64,000 bases of DNA from Macrostomum hystrix. Lineage: Eukaryota; Animalia; Platyhelminthes. The stretch spans positions 5,642,001 through 5,706,000 of the forward strand of contig CATNEN010000002.1 of assembly GCA_950097015.1 (NCBI GenBank), read 5' to 3'. Under the pieces are notes generated by a model that saw only the letters and a program-made list of their open reading frames with translations, had not been told where the DNA came from and ran no database searches. The position numbers and the translations under genes are program-made. How positions within the stretch are numbered: position 1 is the first letter of the stretch; each line of letters opens with the position of its first letter. Shown piece after piece: positions 24,040 through 35,117 of the stretch.

Positions 24040-25765
24040 GTGGGGATCATGGAATCTGGGGATCTTGTGGTGAGGATCATGGAATCTGGGGAGCATGTGG
24101 TGAGGATCATGGAATCTGGGGAGCATGTGGTGAGGATCATGGAATCTGGGGAGCATGTGGTGAGGATCATGGAATCTGGGGATCATGTGGTGAGGATCAT
24201 GGAATCTGGGGAGCATGTGGTGAGGATCATGGAATCTGGGGATCTTGTGGTGAGGATCATGGAATCTGGGGATCTTGTGGTGAGGATCATGGAATCTGGG
24301 GAGCATGTGGTGAGGATCATGGAATCTGGGGAGCATGTGGTGAGGATCATGGAATCTGGGGATCTTGTGGTGAGGATCATGGAATCTGGGGATCTTGTGG
24401 TGAGGATCATGGAATCTGGGGAGCATGTGGTGAGGATCTTGGAATCTGGGGATCATGTAGTGAGGATCATGGAATCTGGGGATCTTGCGGTGAGGATCAT
24501 GGAATCTGGGGATCTTGTGGTGAGGATCATGGAATCTGGGGATCTTGTGGTGAGGATCATGGAATCTGGGGATCTTGTGGTGAGGATCATGGAATCTGGG
24601 GAGCATGTGGTGAGGATCTTGGAATCTGGGGATCTTGTGGTGAGGATCATGGAATCTGGGGATCTTGTGGTGAGGATCTTGGAATCTGGGGAGCATGTGG
24701 TGAGGATCATGGAATCTAGGGATCTTGTGGTGATGATCATAGAATCTGGGGATCTTGTGGTGAGGATCATGGAATCTGGGGATCTTGTGGTGAGGATCAT
24801 GGAATCTGGGGATCTTGTGGTGAGGATCATGGAATCTGGGGAGCATGTGGTGAAGATCATGGAATCTGGGGATCTTGTGGTGAGGATCATGGAATCTGGG
24901 GATCATGTGGTGAGGATCATGGAATCTGGGGATCTTGTGGTGAGGATCATGGAATCTGGGGAGCATGTGGTGAGGATCATGGAATCTGGGGAGCATGTGG
25001 TGAGGATCATGGAATCTGGGGAGCATGTGGTGAGGATCATGGAATCTGGGGATCTTGTGGTGAGGATCATGGAATCTGGGGATCTTGTGGTGAGGATCAT
25101 GGAATCTGGGGAGCATGTGGTGAGGATCATGGAATCTGGGGATCTTGTGGTGAGGATCATGGAATCTGGGGATCTTGTGGTGAGGATCATGGAATCTGGG
25201 GATCTTGTGGTGAGGATCATGGAATCTGGGGAGCATGTGGTGAGGATCATGGAATCTGGGGAGCATGTGGTGAGGATCATGGAATCTGGGGAGCATGTGG
25301 TGAGGATCATGGAATCTGGGGATCTTGTGGTGAGGATCATGGAATCTGGGGAGCATGTGGTGAAGATCATGGAATCTGGGGATCTTGTGGTGAGGATCAT
25401 GGAATCTGGGGATCATGTGGTGAAGATCATGGAATCTGGGGATCATGTGGTGAGGATCATGGAATCTGGGGAGCCAGTGGTGAGGATCATGGAATCTGGG
25501 GAGCATGTGGTGAAGATCATGGAATCTGGGGATCTTGTGGTGAGGATCATGGAATCTGGGGAGCATGTGGTGAGGATCTTGGAATCTGGGGATCATGTAG
25601 TGAGGATCATGGAATCTGGGGATCTTGCGGTGAGGATCATGGAATCTGGGGATCTTGTGGTGAGGATCATGGAATCTGGGGATCTTGCTTGACACTTGAT
25701 TCCATGATCTGAGGATCATGGAATCTGGGGAGCATGTGGTGAGGATCATGGGATCTGTAGATCAT
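24040..25765 (+). repeat. 30-bp minisatellite (GAGGATCATGGAATCTGGGGATCTTGTGGT)n, ~1.7 kb
   Basis: Exact 30-bp period visible line by line; source of the 550-584 aa spurious ORFs. Confidence 0.97.
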
Positions 25766-25781
25766 GGAGTCTTGTCCCAGG

Positions 25782-28700
25782 TCACATATAGTGCCAGCCG
25801 CTGAAGAAGCTGTTCACCTGCCGATAGGTGTGCACAGCCAATGGGGCGACGGAGGCTGCACTAACCGCAGGCGGTACCGCACCGAACACCGCAGCGGCGG
25901 TCGAGAGTTCGTTTTCCGTTCGACAGTCGCTGCCGCAGCGCGGCTTCTTAGCCAGGGCTTCGCCTTGCTGGCATTGATTGTCATGGCAACGCTTCTGCGC
26001 TTGCGACTGCACAGGAGCGATTGAGGAAGCGAACGTCGGACAGTCATTGTTGCCTAGAGCTTCGCTGCAGGCTCGGTGATTGTGCTGTTGGGCCAGGTCC
26101 AAAGGTGTCAGGCCGCTGTGGTTGCGCACCCTGCAAAGCATTGCAATTGGCTAGCTGGAAATGCATAGGAAAGTATTAGGCACCTCTTTGAGGCACCTGA
26201 AGGTTGAGAACAAAAGACTATCCCAGCTTCCAGGGACCTGAGGGTTCAGAACAACAGGCTATCCCGAGAACCTGAATATTCAGAACAATGGATTTTCACA
26301 GGGACCTGAAGGTTCAGAACAACCGATTTTAACATAGACCTGAAGGTTCAGAACAACCGACGAATTTTTTGAATAACAGACCCTCTGAGGCACCTGAAGG
26401 TTTTGAATAACAGACCCTCCGAGGCACCTGAAGGTTTTGAATAACAGACCCTTTGAGGCACCTGAAGGTTTTGAATAACAGACCCTTTGAGGCACCTGAA
26501 GGTTTTGAATAACAGACCCTTTGAGGCACCTGAAGGTTTTGAATAACAGACCCTCTGAGGCACCTGAAGGTTTTGAATAACAGACCCTCTGAGGCACCTG
26601 AAGGTTTTGAATAACAGACCCTCTGAGGTACCTGAAGGTTTTGAATAACAGACCCTCTGAGGCACCTGAAGGTTTTGAATAACAGACCCTTTGAGGCACC
26701 TGAAGGTTTTGAATAACAGACCCTCTGAGGCACCTGAAGGTTTTGAATAACAGAGCCTCTGAGGCACCTGAAGGTTTTGAATAACAGACCCTCTGAGGCA
26801 CCTGAAGGTTTTGATTAAGGAGAGCAACACAGCTGATTTCTATTTTTCTACCGAAAAAGCAAAAAGAATTTAGAAAAGCGAGGAAAAAAGCACTAATTTT
26901 CATGACTATACAAAAAATAAAACAATCAAAACGTACGCCCTATATTTTGGACCTAAAAGCCATGCGAAAGTACAAAAAAAATTTATGTGCATCACTGAAT
27001 ACATACTAAATTCTAATTCCATACTACTCTAGCTTTAATCTACTAGAAGTAGTGAGATTAGAAATTAAAAATAGTTTTTTTGTTCACTAACCCTGCATTG
27101 GCGCCCTGGGACAGCAGCAGTCTGACGCAATCGAGGCTGCCATTGCGGGCAGCCTTGTGCAACGGAGTCTCACCCATATAGTCCTGGGAGATTGCAAGGG
27201 AACACAGGGTTAATTACTCATCAAACAATGATACAGCAGTTCACCACCTGTCCCTTCATCCAGCATCGCCCCTCTACCCTTCTATCCCTTCATCCAGCAT
27301 CGCCCCTCTACCCTTCTGTCCCTTCGTTCAGCATCGCCCCTCTACCCTTCTGTCCTTCATCCAGCATCGCCCCTCTACCCTTCTGTCCCTTCGTTCAGCA
27401 TCGCCCCTCTACCCTTCTGTCCTTCATCCAGCATCGCCCCTCTACCCTTCTGTCCCTTCATCCAGCATCGCCCCTCTACCCTTCTGTCCCTTCGTTCAGC
27501 ATCGCCCCTCTACCCTTCTGTCCTTCATCCAGCATCGCCCCTCTACCCTTCTGTCCCTTCATCCAGCATCGCCCCTCTACCCTTCTGTCCCTTCATCCAG
27601 CATCGCCCCTCTACCCTTCTGTCCCTTCATCCAGCATCGCCCCTCTACCCTTCTATCCCTTCATCCAGCATCGCCCCTCTACCCTTCTGTCCCTTCATCC
27701 AGCATCGCCCCTCTACCCTTCTGTCCCTTCATCCAGCATCTCTTCTCTCATATCACCTGCTTGCCCACAACGGCACCCCTCTGGAGCAGCCACTTGGCAG
27801 TCATAAATTGGCCAGCAAAGCAGGCCAGATGCAGCGGAGTCTGCAAAGATCTGGCCAACAGACAGTCGAACAAAGACTCATTGCGATTGATGATTGTCAG
27901 GCAGTCCATCTGGTTAGGAAAAAGACACAAAATTTGCTTTTTATATTGATAGTACTTCTACAACAGCTATAATAAATAAATACTTTTTATTAATTATAAA
28001 ATTTTATTTGTTTTTGTTACCTTGCTGATAAAATGCTACTCTAATATACTTTCTACAGTAAAATTTAGAAATTTTTAAGAAACAATAATTATAAAGTATT
28101 TAAACCCTAAAATGAGATCCTATTGCTCATATAAACAATTTAAACTCACTTGACCACAATAGGCAGCCCAATGTGATGGTGTCCAGTTATTGACAGGATC
28201 TTCCAATAGCAAGTGCTCATAATGAGACTCTAGGCTTCTTTGCAGCATTTCCAAATTGCCAGTCTTACATGAGGCATGTAATGGAAAATAGGTGGCAAAT
28301 TCCAGCTCAGAGGCTGCATCCCAACTATCACTCATGACACAAGGAGAGATGCTTGTTGGATTCCTAGAAAGCCACTGGACTGAAATGAGAATATGCAATT
28401 ACTTAGCTAAAGTCGTGCACAGTTAGAAAACCAGAATAATATATTGGAAAATGTTGGTAAGTTAGGGCCTAGTAGAGCTATTTTAGCCAATTATTTATAT
28501 TGCAAACTAAATATGATTTGTAAAGCTAAGTAACTTAACTATCTAAACTTGTAGGCACTATGTATAATAAAAACTACAAATGAAGGCTGATTGTAGCTGC
28601 AGACATAAGTTAAGAACATAAAATGCAAGTCTGACAGATAACAATTATTGTTCGTATAAATTTGTATTATAACTTCATTTTTAATAAATATAAAAATTAC

Positions 28701-29500
28701 AAATTCTCAGAAACTCATAAAATTCAAATGGGATCAGGATTCCTACAATTTAATATTTAATATATACAAGCTTGGCACTATAAGGCCTAACAAAAAAATT
28801 AACAAAACCCTACATACTTTCAATCATCTAGTCCTATAGACAATCCCATCCCAACCCAATCCAATTATTAGCATGGACCATCGTCCAACGACCATGGTAT
28901 AGCATAGCATGTAGAGTGGTGGTGTTATTTTGGTAAGCTGCCATATAGATATTCAAAACATAAATTGGCACACGAGCATGCAGATAAACCATGAAACTTT
29001 ACACAAATTGGACAGGTCGTAAAATGCATTTGTTTGTAAACAATCTAAGAAAGTAAAAAACTTAAATAGCTACCACGCTCCAATTCTTCTGATACTTCAA
29101 AAAGTAAAACAAACCAAAATTATTCAGCTACTTGTTCTCGTACAAAATAATTACATGCATAATTTGAAACTAGGAAGCCTCATTTCTTCGATTTGCTATA
29201 CTATACTTTCTTTTTAATTCGAGCGATTGAGTTTTCCTTTCGCTTTCTTAAAACGAGCAGTAGTGCTGACAGCATCGTCAGTTTTTTTCGATCTTATTTT
29301 TTACTTTCTGTAATTTAAATTATTGAATAAATTACTATTTCGACGATTATGTCTACTATGCCAAACACATATACTAATTTTGTATATAAAAATATTACTT
29401 TACTTAACTTTAAAATCTTTAACATATACATGTAATGTTTTTTATTTAAAATATTTTTTAATTGACTCTGACCAGCACCGCCGGCCGCCGGTGCCGCCAT
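25782..29500 (-). CDS. ANKRD10: Ankyrin repeat domain-containing protein 10-like
   Basis: Exons 29473-29500 (putative), 28150-28379, 27757-27909, 27092-27183, 25782-26130, phases consistent. FPLHASCKTGNL, NWTPSHWAAYCGQ, QTPLHLACFAG, DYMGETPLHKAARNGSLDC, VRNHSGLTPLDLAQ and KRC...KKPR match recalled ANKRD10. The 3' end is uncertain: a donor near 25816 could splice to an acceptor at 24029. Confidence 0.82.
26190..26812 (+). repeat. 34-bp minisatellite (GAGGCACCTGAAGGTTTTGAATAACAGACCCTCT)n
   Basis: In ANKRD10 intron 26131-27091. Confidence 0.95.
27250..27742 (+). repeat. 33-34-bp C-rich minisatellite (CCTTCATCCAGCATCGCCCCTCTACCCTTCTGTC)n
   Basis: In ANKRD10 intron 27184-27756. Confidence 0.95.
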
Positions 29501-29597
29501 GCACTAGGCCTACAACTACAATCACGAGCGAGCCACTACGCCTAATACTAAAAACTGAACTACTAGCTATTACTTGCAGAGTTTGCTTGTAGAGGCT

Positions 29598-29879
29598 CAT
29601 ACATGCGCAACCTCCCAAATCTTAGCCGGCCGTGCGACTTAGTTTTTGCTCTCATTTGCGACTTAGTTCATTTCATTGCTCTATTTACGACTTAGTTTGC
29701 TCTCATTTGCTCTCTTTTTCTCTCCCCTTTTTTCCTTTTCTTCACGCCTTCCTTTTTTGTCCCTTGGTCCCCCCTTTGATTTTTTTGCGCTTGGTCAATT
29801 GGTTTTTGCGACTTACCTTGCTTGGCCCTCGTTTCACCCGGCCGGTTCGGCCGGGTCGGCCGGGTGTTGCGCATGTATG
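29598..29879. mobile_element. Non-autonomous DNA transposon (MITE), 282 bp, with perfect TIRs and a target-site duplication
   Basis: TIR CATACATGCGCAAC (29598-29611) / GTTGCGCATGTATG (29866-29879); direct repeat TAGAGGCT at 29590-29597 and 29880-29887; internal CGACTTA(G) x4 and CCGGCC repeats. Confidence 0.88.
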
Positions 29880-30029
29880 TAGAGGCTCACTAGCCACGCC
29901 ATTATGTCATGCATAATTAGCCTAGGCCTACATTCTGTATTGTGTATGTTGCACATTATATTGCATTTTATGCCTAGCTACATCACCCAAAAACAAAATA
30001 TATTGTCTTTTCTCCACAGCCAATAGTCA

Positions 30030-30160
30030 ATAGCTGATACTCCAGTTGGCTTATTCCACTGCCACAGAGTTGGTGCTGCCATTCCATACAGTTGTCACAT
30101 TGAAGTGCCCACTGCTGGAAGCTGACCATATTCTGGCACACACAACACAATTCTGCCATT
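30030..30160 (-). pseudogene. Isolated PHD-finger coding fragment, likely a transposon relic
   Basis: CCVCQNMVSFQQWALQCDNCMEWQHQLCGSGISQLEYQ fits C-x2-C...LQCD-x-C-x2-W-x-H-x2-C; the last Cys pair and any adjoining catalytic ORF are not visible. Confidence 0.6.
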
Positions 30161-30416
30161 TTCACAGTAGGCCCTACAAAAAATTTCTGATCTGAGTTAA
30201 GCACAAAAATATAAAATAATAATGTCCTGTAAAGCTTCTCTCTAATTATTACTCAAAAGATATGATGTCACCAAAGTTGTCCTAGGCCCAGAGTTAATTA
30301 CTAGGCCTACTCAAACTTTATCTTCACAATGCCACCAAAGTTGTCATAGCCTCATGGCCTAACTTCCTTGTAAAGTTTTTATCCTAGTGTGAAATCAGAA
30401 GTTCACATTTTTTATA

Positions 30417-31055
30417 GGCAGAGCTTATTCCCACGGTCCCGTGCCGATAATTTTAATTTTATCCACATGGATCGGTGCCGATAATTTTCTGCTTATCCAC
30501 ACGGCAGCTTGTATGAATAGGTCTACAACTCTTTATATATGCCGTTTTTTTGAAACAAAGCCCTTTCGGGTTTGAACGTTTTGTTGAACCCTCGAGCCAA
30601 TAGATTGACAAAGTTGCCAGTGTGTTACGACTGTGTTCTATATTTTGACCTACACATTCATTAACCAACATTAATGTCATCCTTTTTAATTATTGTAATA
30701 ACAACTTACTAAATCTTTTGTCATCGTTACATGTTTTCATTCGAATTGTATCGACTTAAAAAGTAAGAAGTCTATCAAAGAAAATCATAAGAGTCAACCA
30801 GCAGAATTCTAGTCAGCACCAAACTCGTCACACATTATCACACATCACTGTTATTATTTTACACTACGCATTGATAGTGTACACTATACACTATACTCTG
30901 AAGCAAAAGCCTTATGCTCAGAGAATAATAGGTAGGGACTTAAAAGTAGACATATTCATACAAGCTGCCGTGTGGATAAGCAGAAAATTATCGGCACGGA
31001 TCCGTGTGGATAAAATTAAAATTATCGGCACGCGACCGTGGGAATAAGCACTTCC
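30417..31055. mobile_element. Mutator/MULE-like MITE, 639 bp, ~110-bp TIRs, 9-bp TSD
   Basis: Left arm 30417-30526 (GGCAGAGCTTATTCCCACGG...) is the near reverse complement of right arm 30945-31055 (...CCGTGGGAATAAGCACTTCC); TTTTTTATA on both sides (30408-30416, 31056-31064). Confidence 0.85.
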
Positions 31056-32553
31056 TTTTTTATATCCTACAAAAGTTGCTTACATAGGTATTTTAATATA
31101 ATGTCTAAGTAAGTAATTCAATATTTTCTTAGAATTCGCCTCAGTAAAAAGTATTACTTTTAATATTTTAAAAGTTTTTATAAAAGTTTTTCTGGCTAAT
31201 TACTTTATCATATTCCTATGTATGTATTTCTGAGTATAAGGCTTTCCAAAAAGCATTACTAGGCCTAGTAATCTTTAGTGTATAGAAATATGTTCTACTT
31301 TTTTTCTCAAATTCTCTATTATTTGTCTCCCGTATGTTTTATAAAAAATGAAAGAAAGAACACTTCTAAGTATTATATATGAACTGTTTATGAAACCACA
31401 AGTTGCTTTTCCTTACTTCTAGTCATCTGTATTTATAGTAATTTTAGTCTAAATGGCTGACAACTTATAACAAAAAGGTTCTTACAGTAAAACCATTTTT
31501 TGTATTTTAACAAATTGTCATTTAGTAAAACAAAACAAATTAAAATCTATTTAAGCCCAAAAGTCAAAATAATTCCAGTTTATTAGAATTCATATGGGGC
31601 TGGCAAATCTGGCTGAAAATCCTGAAATGTCCTGCCATCACTAAACCTAGTATATACTGTGTAGTATGGTGTAATTAGGTAATTATCCATTTCCTTTCCC
31701 TTTCTCCCCATTGGCTTCCACCTACATCAAATCATTTGTCAGGAAAAATATTAAGCTATTGATACTAGTGTGAAAGCAGAAGTTTTCTATGAAAAACTTG
31801 TTTGCTTGTCTATTTGATTTGTCCTTTGTTTCTCAAAAATCCATGAATTGGATAAAGCTACACAAAAGGTTGTATGATTATAGAAAAATTTCTATCCATG
31901 TAGACATCAGAACATCTGCTTAACAATGCTAGTTGTTGCTCTGTTGCAAAAATCAGGTGCCAATATTCTCCAACTCAGACATCACCTTTGAAGAAGCCAT
32001 TAAGATTTGCTACTTGCTTGAGCTCAAAATCCAAATTCCTTGGCTTTCCTGGTCAATCTCATGGTTGGTTTGCTGTTTTGTCCTGGCAATATTTGCCGGA
32101 TATGACAAATTGGTGGCTTCCTTTAGCGAAAAAATTGAAGCAGGCATCTCTCAGAAATTGTGGAAGCTGACTTAAAAGCATCCAACTCTGCAGCCATCTT
32201 TATGTCACACATTATCTTGTGCACAGCAAATGCAACTGATCATCATTTACTGACATTTTATCTGCATAGCAATAGAAGAATTATAGCTGAATCGAAAACT
32301 GCTAAATGTTATTTTGACACATTTAGTCAAACATATAATTACATAATATGTAAATAATTACATAATTACATAAGTGTAGATTGCACATTGCAATGTAGAG
32401 ACCATTATATATAGAAAATGCTAGTACATACCCTACCATCTGTCATATTAGTATTATTGAGGTGCGCACACCGATTGGGTGCTGATCTTTTTGTTTATTT
32501 GATGTTTGAGGCTGAACAATTCAATTTAAAAAAAGAAGGCAATAGAAAAGCAG

Positions 32554-33667
32554 TATTGTTTTTCAACTTCTATTTCAAACTAAGTAACTTCAAAATCAAC
32601 TGGTGGCTCTCCAGCTGTCGTTAGTAACTTCAATTTTGCCCGTGGGGAGGGGGGTGCTTGTGTGTACCCAATTAGTAACTTCAGTTTTGCCCGCGGGGAG
32701 GGGGTGCTTGTGTGTACCCAAGTAGTAACTTCAATTTTGTCTGCAAGACTGGCCTGCCCAAGTTAGGGTAATTCAATTTCACAAAAAGTAGCTTCTATTT
32801 CGTCTTGCATTTTTTTTAATTTGGCTTTAAACATGATTATAGATGGGTCTGTACTTTCAGTATATATTTTTGATGTCTCAGGCAAGACACCAAGTGGGAT
32901 ACAAACAACAAAAAGAGCTTGTATTGTTGCTCTAATATGATTGGAGCTTCAAGAGTGGCTGGATATGAAAGTGTCGGCGCTATCCATTTAGCTGAATTTT
33001 ATTGTGATTCTGTGCTATTGGGTCATAAATCCACAGGGCCATAAATCTCTCAACACTCGAAAGAAAATTATTATAATTCCACTGGGGTGGAGTTGGCAGT
33101 GGCGTTGGCGAAGTCTGTATTTCATAGAGCAGACGCAAACACATATCGCTGTGCTGAAGAGACGAAATAGATGTTACTTTTTGTGAAATTGATTTACCCT
33201 AACTTGGGCAGGGCAGTCTCGTGGGCAAAATTGAAGTTACTAATTGGGTACACATGAGCACCCCCCTCCCTGTGGGCAAAATTGAAGTTACTAATTGGGT
33301 ACACATGAGCACCCCCCTCCCTGTGGGCAAAATTGAAGTTACTAATTGGGTACACATGAGCACCCCCCTCCCTGTGGGCAAAATTGAAGTTACTAATTGG
33401 GTACACATGAGCACCCCCCTCCCTGTGGGCAAAATTGAAGTTACTAATTGGGTACACATGAGCACCCCCCTCCCTGTGGGCAAAATTGAAGTTACTAATT
33501 GGGTACACATGAGCACCCCCCTCCCTGTGGGCAAAATTGAAGTTACTAATTGGGTACACATGAGCACCCCCCTCCCTGTGGGCAAAATTGAAGTTACTAA
33601 TGACAGCCGGAGAGCTGCCAGGCAAAATTGAAGTTACTTAGTTTGAAATAGAAGTTCAAAACCAATA
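32554..33667. mobile_element. Foldback-like inverted-repeat element with 45-bp internal tandem repeats
   Basis: Arm 32554-32806 (2 copies of the 45-bp unit) is the reverse complement of arm 33162-33667 (~8.5 copies of GTGGGCAAAATTGAAGTTACTAATTGGGTACACATGAGCACCCCCCTCCCT-type unit), around a ~355-bp spacer; no clear TSD. Confidence 0.7.
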
Positions 33668-35117
33668 GCATGCATAAGATTAATTTTAGGTGAATAAAAT
33701 ATTAAAAAAAATATATATATGAAATAAACAAAGGCATTAAAACAAAAATGAAATATTGAAATTTAAAGAGAAAATTAAAACTGTGACTGAAATCGCTTCG
33801 CTCCCAAAAGGAGAATAGCTATTGTGTTTTTGCATTCTAACTATGGGCCTTAGGGCCCATATAGTTTTATATGTAAGGTCCAATATGACCAGTTTACAAG
33901 CATAGGCCTATCATAAGATTAGAGCTTAGTCTGTCTAGTTGACCAACACAAAATGTGATCATCACTATTGGAATGGCAATGAAGAGAGGCCACATTAATT
34001 GAAAATAGATAAGGCTTTCAGGGTGTAATGTGGGGAAAAGTGTTAACATTTATTGTTCCAAGGTGATAAAGCAATAATTGAAGCCTGGTGGGCTTGGCAT
34101 GTCCCAGGATTCCCAGTCCATGGACTGAACAGCTGTACCCAGCTTTTAGATGCTTCACTCAATAGCTGCACCTGTGCTATTAGCTGCACATCTGGCGCAG
34201 TAATGATGTAGAACTAATTAGTCCTCTTATTTTTTTATAATAATATTATTAACCTTTTATTATGATTTTGTGGCACCAAAAATTCAGAAATATAGGTTAC
34301 AATCATGTAAATAGTTTTCAGTTAACATATTGCAAAGTTGTATATATTATAATATGAGATGATTCCATAAACAGTATTTTATTTAAATGAACCTTGACTG
34401 TTGGAGTAAGTAAAATACATTGGTGATTCAGGCAATAGCTGTATTTTGTTTTACTAGTTACAGGTTTTTGTAAAATGCAGCATATATTATAGATTTTCAC
34501 CATATGAACATAACTTCCCTATGTCCTTGCAACGACCATTCCTGAGTTTTATTTATCTTAAGTTGTTCATAGAGTCTCTAGTCTAGTGAGTAGTATGAAG
34601 GGCATTTCGGCAAGATGGCAAACAATTGCCGCTGCAAGGACACGCCCGAATTTGCACTCAGAAGAAAACATAGCCGTCTAGCATTCCAATAGCGGCAACA
34701 CAGAAAGCCCATAAGGAGTTGATTTTCTGTCTCATCTCCACTCCTCTATTCTCTTTTGTGTCACAAACCCCCATAGCCTGCCATTTCTAGCTGGCCACAC
34801 CCATGCCATGTTATCTCCTTGCAAAATCTAGGTTTAAAAAATCAATCAAGAGCTTTACTATTTAGCCGCAGTGTGAGCCAATATTGACAAAATTTTGAGT
34901 TCGACTTTCCTGATTGGATGTTGCATTGCCATTGGCTAAGCCGCAGATTTGGTTTCATCTTTAAGAAAATGAAAATTAGTCTAGTTAAAGCTAGAGTAAG
35001 GGGCCTTGCAGAACAGTCTAATATTGTCATTTAGCCTGCATTGGATACTCTGCCATGCTATTCTGCCTATGGAGAATGCTAGCCCGCTATTTATTTGTTC
35101 CATTCCTCAGCGGCTGG

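Noticed and set aside
23995-25749. 550-584-aa His-rich or VVRIMESG repeat proteins
   Set aside because: A 30-bp array open in several frames on both strands, with no codon-position bias or unique domains.
30455-31015. Four TTATCCACA DnaA-box matches
   Set aside because: They are sub-repeats inside MITE TIRs in an animal genome; coincidental.
31933-32357. Short ORFs in the AT-rich 31-35 kb intergenic region
   Set aside because: No recognisable motifs or consistent splice framework; at most decayed repeat DNA.
33220-33600. CRISPR-like regular repeats (also other 28-49-bp arrays)
   Set aside because: Head-to-tail units with no unique spacers, no cas genes, and a eukaryotic context.
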